DNA of 8,224 nt, from positions 866,067 through 874,290 of the forward strand of contig CAJINV010000022.1 in the NCBI GenBank assembly GCA_905178155.1, written 5' to 3'. The notes beneath the pieces are model-generated. The model was given only the letters and a program-made list of their open reading frames with translations, was not told where the DNA came from and searched no databases. This DNA is from Amoebophrya sp. A120. Taxonomy: Eukaryota; Protista; Dinoflagellata. Position numbers and translations under genes: made by a program. Positions 1-7,446 of the stretch are shown one piece after another; the stretch's first letter is position 1; each line of letters opens with the position of its first letter.

Positions 1-245
1 CGGGGCGCATGACCTCCAGCGGGCGGGGCGCATGACCTTCCGCGGCCGGGGCGCATGACCTCCAGCGGGCGGGGCGCATGACCTTCCGCGGGCAGGGCGG
101 GGCGCATGACCTCCAGCACGCGGGGCGCATGACCTTCCGCGGCCGGGGCGCGTGACCTCCAGCACGCGGGGCGCATGACCTCCAGCTGGCGGGGCGCATG
201 ACCTCCAGCACGCGGGGCGCATGACCTTCCGCGGCCGGGGCGCGT
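1..245. repeat. GC-rich 23-bp minisatellite, 10 full units plus a partial unit, running off the window start
   Basis: Units start at 1, 24, 47, 70, 98, 121, 144, 167, 190, 213 and 236. Core CGGGGCGCATGACCT followed by CCAGC-type or TCCGCGG-type tails; one unit is 28 bp. Confidence 0.95.
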
Positions 246-409
246 CAGGACTTTGCTCGCTGTGGCCACAGCGAAGAAATTTCCCTGGCGGACCTGTGTT
301 TGCAGTCCGACGCGTCGGACTGCAAATGCAGCATGAGCCCAGGACTTTGTTCGCTGTGGCCACAGCGAAGAAATTTCCCTGGCGGACGTCGGACTGCAAA
401 TGCAGCATG
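246..409. repeat. Two-copy direct repeat containing perfect palindromes
   Basis: 246-293 matches 340-387 (one mismatch seen) and 314-335 recurs at 388-409. Palindromes at 257-274, 299-326 and 350-369. Confidence 0.9.
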
Positions 410-436
410 GCCTATCCACACACGAGCATCACACCT

Positions 437-466
437 TTCCACACCCAGGCATCTTTGCAGTGAATA
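437..466. mobile_element. Right TIR of a family A element whose left end is presumably upstream of the window
   Basis: ttccacacccaggcatctttgcagtgaata aligns without gaps to the family A right end ttccagacccagacatttttgcatttgata. Confidence 0.6.
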
Positions 467-580
467 TGCACTAGAACGGAGCAAGCATCCGCCTTCGTTC
501 AAGCACGACAAGGACCGAGAATCCGGCCTCGCAGCGCTTTTCGAAAGGTACGCGAACCTCGGCGAAGGGGCAGAGGGGAA
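467..580 (+). CDS. Predicted exon 1 in view (ALERSKHPPSFKHDKDRESGLAALFERYANLGEGAEG)
   Basis: Lies between a family A right TIR (ends 466) and element F (starts 581). Same frame as ORF 300..599 and joins exon 2 in frame. Confidence 0.65.
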
Positions 581-3500
581 TATGAGAGTGCACAATTAGC
601 CCTGGCTTTACCTCATTTGTCATGCAAAATCCCCAATCCGAATGCTGCGTCGTGGCACTGTTTGCATGACAAATTCCAGAAAAGCGCAGGCCTCTCCACG
701 TGTGGGTGTGCCGGTCATTTTTGTATCGCTGTTTATGCCAACATGCAAATGAGGGGAACGAGGGGGGGTTGTGCCTTGTGCCGTCTCATAGGAAAAACGC
801 TCGTGCTAAATGGCAAGCGGGAAGTACTGGACACGTTGGCTGCTGCCGCTGCAAGTGGAAATCGCGACACGTCATCAAAAAATGTGGAACAAGATGAAGA
901 ATCGGAACGCGATGAAGAAACGGCCGAGCGAGTGGACATCCTAAACTTGTTCTTCGACGTCCTACCCTGCCGGGAGTATCTCTTAACCCACGTCACCAGC
1001 TTCTTTCTCTCCCCCCTGTCAATATGCATTGCAGAAGCATCGCATTTCTAGTAGGACTCCTTGCATTACAAATTTTCTCCACAGCATTAAGAATGGAATT
1101 TGTCGTGCTAATTTAGCTTGGAGAGGGACATTTGTTATGCGTGGCTTTCAATTACAACTACAAGTGCGACGGTTCTGTTGCACAGCATGACCAATCCTGT
1201 TAGACGACTTGCTGTTGCCCAGCCTTTATTAAATGCAAAAATGTCTGGGTCTGGAAGGATGCAAGATTTGTCATGCAGATTTCTCATGATCCATGATAGC
1301 CTGTGATGTATGCCCTAGCATTACAGATTTTTAGAAACCTTCCTGATGCACCTTCCGCATGAGAAATGCCCTGTCCGTGTAGCACAAACCGGACCCTCTT
1401 GCTGGTGGTCATGCAATACAATTTTTTTTAGAGTCCAAAAACAGCATGATAAGTTGCATTCTACTTCCCGACCCAGACATTTTTGCATTTGATAGCCTCG
1501 TTGGAGTTGCGACGGAGATGGACGAGCACCAAATATGATTTGCAAAAATGTCTGGGTCTGGAAAGATGCAGCGAATTTGTGTTGCTGAGTCTTGCATGCC
1601 GAAGCGGTCTCTTGTACGGCTTTCACGCATCACAAATTTTTCCAGTGGTATTGCGAGCTCTACCGTGTTTCGCATGACAAACTGGCTTTAGCACGACAAA
1701 AAAGCTGGCCCATCGCAGTCATGCATTACAGATCTGGTCGTCCTCCGAATTTCGCATCACAAATCCAGACCCAGACATATTTGCAATGCATAAAAAGCCG
1801 GCGTGAGCAAAAGTGGTGGAGCACCGGCTGATCGTATGGATTGCAAAAATGTCTGGGTCTGGAAGAATGCGCGATTTGTCATGCAGCTTTTTCATGACCC
1901 ATGAGGTCTGGAATGCAGGACCTAGCATGACAGCTTCTGTGCGATCTCTCTCATGATGCCTATCCTGCATGAGAAACTCCCTCCCGACTTGGCCAAAACT
2001 GGACGACTTTTGGTGATCATGCAACACAGATTTTTGCATGCTTCAGATTTAGCATGACAAGTTGCATTCTTCCAGACATCCAGACATATTTGCACTTGAT
2101 AGGCCTCGTTGGAGTTGCGACGGAGATGGACGAGCACCAAATATGATTTGCAAAAGTATCGTATTCGTATCTATAAAATGCATTACAAATTTTCCCAGCA
2201 TGAGGAATCAAGTTTGTAATGCGGTTTTACCTTGAAAAAAAAATTTGTAATGCAAGACTTGCATTTATACGAGTACGATGCTTTTGCACAGGATACGTGC
2301 GCGAGCCGCGGTTCGTGGTGAGGGAAATGCAAAAATGTCTGGATCTGGAAACTTGTGATGCAAGGAAGGGAATACGGCGCACACTGTGATGCAAATACGC
2401 TGCCAAGCATGACAAGTTTTTTCGTGGTTCTGAGTTGCGTACTCCGCATGAGAAACTGGGTCTTTGCATGACAGGCAAGAGGAGCTCTTTGCGGCTACGC
2501 AACACAGAGTCCAGAGTCATGCCAGACTAGCATGACAAACCTCGCAATCTCCCTGACCCAGACATTTTTACATTTGATAACAACCTGGCGTGAGCAAAAG
2601 TGGTGGAGAACCTCCGGCTGATCATCGCGGGGTAACGCAATCCAGCTCTTTGTCCACGACCTTATTGAGAGGAAAAACCCCCCCTCCCCATATCAAAACG
2701 AAGTTTCTGATGCTGGATTTGCGTACTCAAATCAGATCTGTCTTGCTGGCGAGGACTGCGGGCTCCTGCCAAGCCTGAGTAGAGAGCTTTTGGCCTAGGC
2801 GCTTAGCATGAGAAACTTCTATGCTGTAGGCCCAACAGCATGACAAACCGCCTGCATAGTGCGGCAGAGCCTGCGGAGTTGTCTTCTTGCACTACAGACG
2901 TGATTTGCGACCTCAAATAAGCAGCACAAATATTCGGAAACATGCCTTTTCGATATGAGGAGGGGGGATTTTTCCTCACAATAGACCTCGCAAACAGCCC
3001 TGAACCCCATATCCTGTGAAAAAACGTGGTTCCCACCCCAGAGTTGTATCTACAAGAACATTTGTGATGCCCATCCCGCCAATGAGAGGCATTTCTAATC
3101 GTGTTTTGGCATCTGTAAAAATACTGTAAACTGGATAAAAGTTCGCGTGTCCGTGTGATGCGGCTGTCGTCCGTGCTAGCCTTTACTGTACTCTACAGAT
3201 ACTAGAAACTTGTCCTGCGTGACTCTCGAGGCTTCTAGATTTGTGTAGCAAAATCCTGATCCTGACACTGGGCTGTTGATGTACTGGAAGAGAACATAAA
3301 AATAAAGCACAGAAAACTTATGAATTTTCGGGGTGGGAGCAACGCTTTTCCACAGAATACCCCTCCAGCCTTATCAAAAGGAAAAATCCCCCCTCCCCAT
3401 ACTGAAAAGGTATGTTTCTAAAAATTTGTGATGCTGATTTGTGAGNAAAAATGTCTGGGTCTGGAAGAATGCGCGATTTGTCATGCAGCTTTTTCATGAC

Positions 3501-6500
3501 CCATGAGGTCTGGAATGCAGGACCTAGCATGACAGCTTCTGTGCGATCTCTCTCATGATGCCTATCCTGCATGAGAAACTCCCTCCCGACTTGGCCAAAA
3601 CTGGACGACTTTTGGTGATCATGCAACACAGATTTTTGCATGCTTCAGATTTAGCATGACAAGTTGCATTCTTCCAGACATCCAGACATATTTGCACTTG
3701 ATAGGCCTCGTTGGAGTTGCGACGGAGATGGACGAGCACCAAATATGATTTGCAAAAGTATCGTATTCGTATCTATAAAATGCATTACAAATTTTCCCAG
3801 CATGAGGAATCAAGTTTGTAATGCGGTTTTACCTTGAAAAAAAAATTTGTAATGCAAGACTTGCATTTATACGAGTACGATGCTTTTGCACAGGATACGT
3901 GCGCGAGCCGCGGTTCGTGGTGAGGGAAATGCAAAAATGTCTGGATCTGGAAACTTGTGATGCAAGGAAGGGAATACGGCGCACACTGTGATGCAAATAC
4001 GCTGCCAAGCATGACAAGTTTTTTCGTGGTTCTGAGTTGCGTACTCCGCATGAGAAACTGGGTCTTTGCATGACAGGCAAGAGGAGCTCTTTGCGGCTAC
4101 GCAACACAGAGTCCAGAGTCATGCCAGACTAGCATGACAAACCTCGCAATCTCCCTGACCCAGACATTTTTACATTTGATAACAACCTGGCGTGAGCAAA
4201 AGTGGTGGAGAACCTCCGGCTGATCATCGCGGGGTAACGCAATCCAGCTCTTTGTCCACGACCTTATTGAGAGGAAAAACCCCCCCTCCCCATATCAAAA
4301 CGAAGTTTCTGATGCTGGATTTGCGTACTCAAATCAGATCTGTCTTGCTGGCGAGGACTGCGGGCTCCTGCCAAGCCTGAGTAGAGAGCTTTTGGCCTAG
4401 GCGCTTAGCATGAGAAACTTCTATGCTGTAGGCCCAACAGCATGACAAACCGCCTGCATAGTGCGGCAGAGCCTGCGGAGTTGTCTTCTTGCACTACAGA
4501 CGTGATTTGCGACCTCAAATAAGCAGCACAAATATTCGGAAACATGCCTTTTCGATATGAGGAGGGGGGATTTTTCCTCACAATAGACCTCGCAAACAGC
4601 CCTGAACCCCATATCCTGTGAAAAAACGTGGTTCCCACCCCAGAGTTGTATCTACAAGAACATTTGTGATGCCCATCCCGCCAATGAGAGGCATTTCTAA
4701 TCGTGTTTTGGCATCTGTAAAAATACTGTAAACTGGATAAAAGTTCGCGTGTCCGTGTGATGCGGCTGTCGTCCGTGCTAGCCTTTACTGTACTCTACAG
4801 ATACTAGAAACTTGTCCTGCGTGACTCTCGAGGCTTCTAGATTTGTGTAGCAAAATCCTGATCCTGACACTGGGCTGTTGATGTACTGGAAGAGAACATA
4901 AAAATAAAGCACAGAAAACTTATGAATTTTCGGGGTGGGAGCAACGCTTTTCCACAGAATACCCCTCCAGCCTTATCAAAAGGAAAAATCCCCCCTCCCC
5001 ATACTGAAAAGGTATGTTTCTAAAAATTTGTGATGCTGATTTGTGAGCACAAATCCTGTCTCTCTTGCAAGAGGGCAAACTCAGAGACTCCGCCACGATA
5101 TGCAGGCGATTTGTAATGCTGCAAGGCCTATAGGGCAGACGTTTGCCACGCTAGGGGCCTACACCAAGAGGCCCCTCCTTAGGCTTAGGATCTCCGTGCA
5201 GTCCTTTACTGCAAGACAAATGTGATTTGTGTACTCAAATACAGCAACACAGATTTCGTTTTCGACATGGGGAGGGGGAATTTTTCCTTTTGATAAGCCT
5301 GTATTTCTTCGGGCATGTGGTCCCCGGAAGAAACCTCGAATCCGACAGCCGACGCTCGAAGGACACCGCAAGATGCGTTTTCCACCCGGATCTGGTTTTT
5401 CCGAAAAATGAAGACGACCACCCTACGGCGCTGCAGCTTCCACCTGCACGAAACAAAACGCGTTTTTTCATCGAGGTTGGCGGCCACCAGGGGGACTGCA
5501 TTTTGCCCTGGGTTCTGTCCGGGGTTGCGGAAAAAGGAGTCTTCGTAGACGCGCACAACCCCGCCGTAAAAGCCGTGGAGAAAACGATGGCAGATCTGTT
5601 TTCGACAACCGAAAAACCGTCTCCAGCACCGGCCGCTGGCGTTTATGTTAACTCGTCATCATCCAGCAAGGATGATGAAATCTTCCTCGCACTGCAAAGT
5701 GCTTCCTCGCTTGTGGTCACGAAAAGCCGCTTTCTCGCCGATGACGCGCACAACAACCAGTGCTTCCAGCTACTGGACGCCGACTCGGTGGCGCAGAACG
5801 CGTATCAAATGCAAAAATGTCTGGGTCTGGGAGGTTGCAAGATTTGTCATGCAGATTTTGCATGACCCATATTATGCCTGTAATGCGTGGCCTAGCATCA
5901 CAGATTTTTAAAGCGCTTCCTCATGCCTATTCCGCATGACAAATGCCATCTCCGCGGAGCACAAAATCTACTCCTCTTACTGGTCACGCAATACAAAATT
6001 TTTTCGAATCCAGAGACAGCATCACAAGTTTAGGATCTTCCAGACCCAGACACTTTTGATCATTTGATAACGCGGGGAGCACGACCATAAGCATCAACGC
6101 GTTCCACTCGGCAGCGTTTTCCCCAGTGGAGTGTGCAGTAGCTGACACAAAAATGAGTGCTGGATCTGCAAACGCACCTGCGCCACCGCATTCTCCCGCA
6201 GGAGCCACGGTAGTCCAGATGGCAAGCTTGGACAGCATCGTACCGCCAGAAGTGCTGGATCGTGCGCCGGAGATGAATTATCGCTACACAGATCCACTGG
6301 GTGCTCCTGGTGTGGTTGACGCAGCTTCCTCTGCCACGTGGCCTAGCAACAGCACAACGTCCTCCTGTGTTCTCTACATGCGGCTGGCGCGGAACGAGTT
6401 TGCGGTGCTCGATATCAAATGTAAAAATGTCTGGGTCTGGAAGAATTCATGTTTGTCATGCTTGTCTGGCATGACTCTTAAATCTGTCATGCACGTTACC

Positions 6501-7188
6501 CAAGAGCTTCGCTTTTCTGTGATGCAGAAGCGCAGTTTGACATGCAGAATAGGCAACACCTAGGAGCTCAGAAACTTGTCATGCTGAGCCAGCATCTGTA
6601 GCCTCATCATGAGACGCCACCCAGCATCACAAGTTTCCAGACCCAGACATTTTTACATTTGGTACTCGAGGGTGCAAGACGACTTTTAAAAAACTGCGAG
6701 TTTGTCATGCTGTTATGTGAGTAAAAACATCCCCACGACCACCCCATGTTTGTCATGCCAATCTGCATGCCTAAAAATCATGTTTCTCATGCCTAGTCTC
6801 ATGGCAACCGTTCTTTTGCGATGGTGTTTTGGACATGCTAGAATTAGGACAAGCTGATCGATTTGTGTTGCGGCTATTTTACCAGAGAACACTGATTAGT
6901 GCAATGCTAGCCCAATAAACTTGTCATGCGCAACAGCCAAAAGCTCTCGACCTGTCCCTCTGTAGCAAGACTCCCATCTTGACGCCGGTGCTGGGGCGAG
7001 GACGTTTTTACGCACGATAAATCTCCGGAATCCATCACGAGGATTATCTGCTCTTGCGGAAGTGGCTCTTCAAAGAAGCGGGCTTTGTGCAGTTGATGGA
7101 TTTAGGGGAGCCTAACTTCCCTCGGAAGTACTATCGAAATACGCTTTTTCGACGAAAATTTGCAGACGTTGATGGCAGTACAAGTTGA
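467..7188 (+). CDS. Multi-exon gene (5' end outside window) encoding an FkbM-like (class I SAM-dependent) methyltransferase, ~543 aa visible
   Basis: Manual join of inter-element segments 467-580, 791-1022, 1190-1226, 1495-1533, 1793-1834, 2102-2141, 2580-2662, 2984-3009, 3360-3371 (=4962-4973), 5296-5802, 6070-6412, 6665-6713 and 7020-7188, dropping 5 nt per junction and collapsing the 1.6-kb duplicate. This gives 544 codons from 468 with one stop (TGA 7186-7188). FkbM-like motifs occur in order: FFIEVGGHQG, GVFVDAH, MASLDSIV, EFAVLEGARRLL (formed across a junction), LRKWLFKEAGF, NTLFRR. Family call is from motif recognition, not a search. Confidence 0.8.
581..790. mobile_element. TIR element / putative introner, family F (210 bp)
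   Basis: Left tatgagagtgcacaa; right end reverse-complements to tatgagacggcacaa; flanks GGGAA/GGAAA. Confidence 0.7.
791..1022 (+). CDS. Predicted exon 2 (GKTLVLNGKREVLDTL...EQDEESERDEE...TSFFLSPLS)
   Basis: Protein-like part of ORF 617..1051, bounded by elements F and D; frame is continuous on both sides. Confidence 0.7.
1023..1189. mobile_element. Degenerate TIR element / putative introner, family D (167 bp)
   Basis: Left tatgcattgcagaagcatcgca; right tgcgacggttctgttgcacagcatg; ends resemble those of 2142-2295; flanks GTCAA/ACCAA. Confidence 0.55.
1190..1226 (+). CDS. Predicted small exon 3 (ILLDDLLLPSL)
   Basis: Between elements D and A1; open in the frame carried from exon 2. Confidence 0.55.
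1227..1494. mobile_element. TIR element / putative introner A1 (268 bp)
   Basis: tattaaatgcaaaaatgtctgggtc ... gacccagacatttttgcatttgata; flanks GCCTT/GCCTC. Confidence 0.85.
1495..1533 (+). CDS. Predicted small exon 4 (LVGVATEMDEHQ)
   Basis: Between A1 and A2; identical to 2103-2141; in frame. Confidence 0.55.
1534..1792. mobile_element. TIR element / putative introner A2 (259 bp)
   Basis: tatgatttgcaaaaatgtctgggtctgga ... tccagacccagacatatttgcaatgcata; flanks eroded (CCAAA/AAAAG). Confidence 0.8.
1793..1834 (+). CDS. Predicted small exon 5 (GVSKSGGAPAD)
   Basis: Between A2 and A3; paralogous to the start of exon 7, differing by an in-frame 3-nt indel. Confidence 0.55.
1835..2101. mobile_element. 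TIR element / putative introner A3 (267 bp)
   Basis: tatggattgcaaaaatgtctgg ... ccagacatatttgcacttgata; flanks do not match (GATCG/GGCCT); left-truncated duplicate at 3447-3703. Confidence 0.8.
2102..2141 (+). CDS. Predicted small exon 6 (LVGVATEMDEHQ)
   Basis: Between A3 and the composite element; duplicate copy at 3704-3743. Confidence 0.55.
2142..2579. mobile_element. Composite element: family D body (2142-2295), short linker, and a family A element lacking its first bases (2325-2579)
   Basis: Internal inverted pair tgcaaaagtatcgtattcgtat / atacgagtacgatgcttttgca, then aaatgcaaaaatgtctggatctgg ... cccagacatttttacatttgata; outer flanks CCAAA/ACAAC; duplicate at 3744-4181. Confidence 0.7.
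2580..2662 (+). CDS. Predicted exon 7 (QPGVSKSGGEPPADHRGVTQSSSLSTT)
   Basis: The only + frame without a stop in this segment, and it is the frame the join requires; duplicate copy at 4182-4264. Confidence 0.6.
2663..2983. mobile_element. TIR element / putative introner B1 (321 bp)
   Basis: tattgagaggaaaaaccccccctccccatatc ... gatatgaggaggggggatttttcctcacaata; perfect flanking repeat GACCT; duplicate at 4265-4585. Confidence 0.85.
2984..3009 (+). CDS. Predicted micro-exon 8 (TSQTALNP)
   Basis: Between B1 and C; in frame; duplicate copy at 4586-4611. Confidence 0.5.
3010..3359. mobile_element. TIR element / putative introner, family C (350 bp)
   Basis: tatcctgtgaaaaaacgtggttcccacccc ... ggggtgggagcaacgcttttccacagaata; flanks CCCCA/CCCCT; duplicate at 4612-4961. 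Confidence 0.8.
3360..3371 (+). CDS. Predicted micro-exon 9 (12 nt between elements, 7 nt net)
   Basis: cccct-cc-agcct: two target-site repeats separated by 2 nt. Needed to keep the frame. Duplicate copy at 4962-4973. Confidence 0.45.
4974..5295. mobile_element. TIR element / putative introner B2 (322 bp)
   Basis: tatcaaaaggaaaaatccccctccccat-type left end ... atggggagggggaatttttccttttgata; perfect flanking repeat AGCCT; truncated duplicate at 3372-3445. Confidence 0.85.
5296..5802 (+). CDS. Predicted exon 10 carrying SAM-binding motif I (FFIEVGGHQG)
   Basis: Core of ORF 5227..5865, bounded by B2 and A5, each with a perfect 5-bp flanking repeat. Confidence 0.8.
5803..6069. mobile_element. 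TIR element / putative introner A5 (267 bp)
   Basis: tatcaaatgcaaaaatgtctgggtctgg ... ccagacccagacacttttgatcatttgata; perfect flanking repeat ACGCG; body similar to A1. Confidence 0.88.
6070..6412 (+). CDS. Predicted exon 11 (GSTTISINAF...MASLDSIV...NEFAVL)
   Basis: Frame of ORF 6126..6563; in frame with exon 10 after removing A5 and one ACGCG. Confidence 0.8.
6413..6664. mobile_element. TIR element / putative introner A6 (252 bp)
   Basis: tatcaaatgtaaaaatgtctgggtctggaa ... ttccagacccagacatttttacatttggta; perfect flanking repeat CTCGA. Confidence 0.88.
6665..6713 (+). CDS. Predicted exon 12 (LEGARRLLKNCEFVML)
   Basis: Completes the FkbM-like E-x-x-V-L-x-G-A-x-x-L-L motif after removing A6 and one CTCGA. 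Confidence 0.75.
6714..7019. mobile_element. Degenerate TIR element / putative introner, family E (306 bp)
   Basis: Left tatgtgagtaaaaacatcc; right end reverse-complements to tatcgtgcgtaaaaacgtcc; flanks eroded, but the element+5 rule keeps the frame. Confidence 0.65.
7020..7188 (+). CDS. Predicted last exon (SGIHHEDYLLLRKWLFKEAGFVQLMDLGEPNFPRKYYRNTLFRRKFADVDGSTS*)
   Basis: Open from 7021 to TGA 7186-7188; FkbM-like C-terminal L-x-x-x-x-G-F and N-x-L-F pattern; absent from the ORF track. Confidence 0.75.
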
Positions 7189-7446
7189 ATAGCAACATGA
7201 TCCCGCAAATGTGTTTGCTGGGAAAACATCCAGAAACCACCTGCACTCCTGTTTTTTACCTCGCCGTGCAGCTCGTCGAAATGCTGGCTGCGCGGATCAC
7301 TTTCTTTGTTCGACGAAGAATGTTTGATTCGTTATAGCACGTTTTTCCTTAGCAAAATGAGTAGTAGAATGAATGGCAAATAAAGTTTGCACTGCATTCC
7401 GTTGGCGTGTGCTGCTGGGTTCCAGCAATGGCCCCGAATGGGAGTC

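Larger units (their letters stand above)
1845..5047. repeat. Exact 1601-bp tandem duplication (1845-3445 / 3447-5047) around one N; probable assembly artefact
   Basis: Offset 1602; ORF translations are identical in both copies; no differences seen by eye; junction is the N at 3446. Confidence 0.9.

Noticed and set aside
1-245. CRISPR array
   Set aside because: The variable parts are only ~8 nt and recur; there are no unique spacers and no cas genes.
2296-2320. Possible extra micro-exon inside the composite element
   Set aside because: It would add 20 nt net and break the frame, its flanks do not match, and the following family A end lacks TAT.
1118-5225. Short Cys/Met/His-rich ORFs on both strands (e.g. 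KCLGL, KNVWVW, FQTQTFL peptides)
   Set aside because: They are translations of the TIRs and the GCATGACAA motif, and no transposase motifs are recognisable.
5803-6069. Tc1/mariner MITE with TA target duplication
   Set aside because: Perfect 5-bp repeats lie outside the TA at four elements, so the TA belongs to the element termini.
1227-6664. Bacterial REP/attC-type repeats or an integron cassette array
   Set aside because: The repeats pair as TIRs around 250-350 bp bodies with 5-bp duplications, and the segments between them are fragments of one frame, not whole genes.
6717-6722. Canonical-looking donor GTGAGT
   Set aside because: No AG acceptor lies at the element's right end; the element+5 rule already explains the join. 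Not fully excluded without cDNA.
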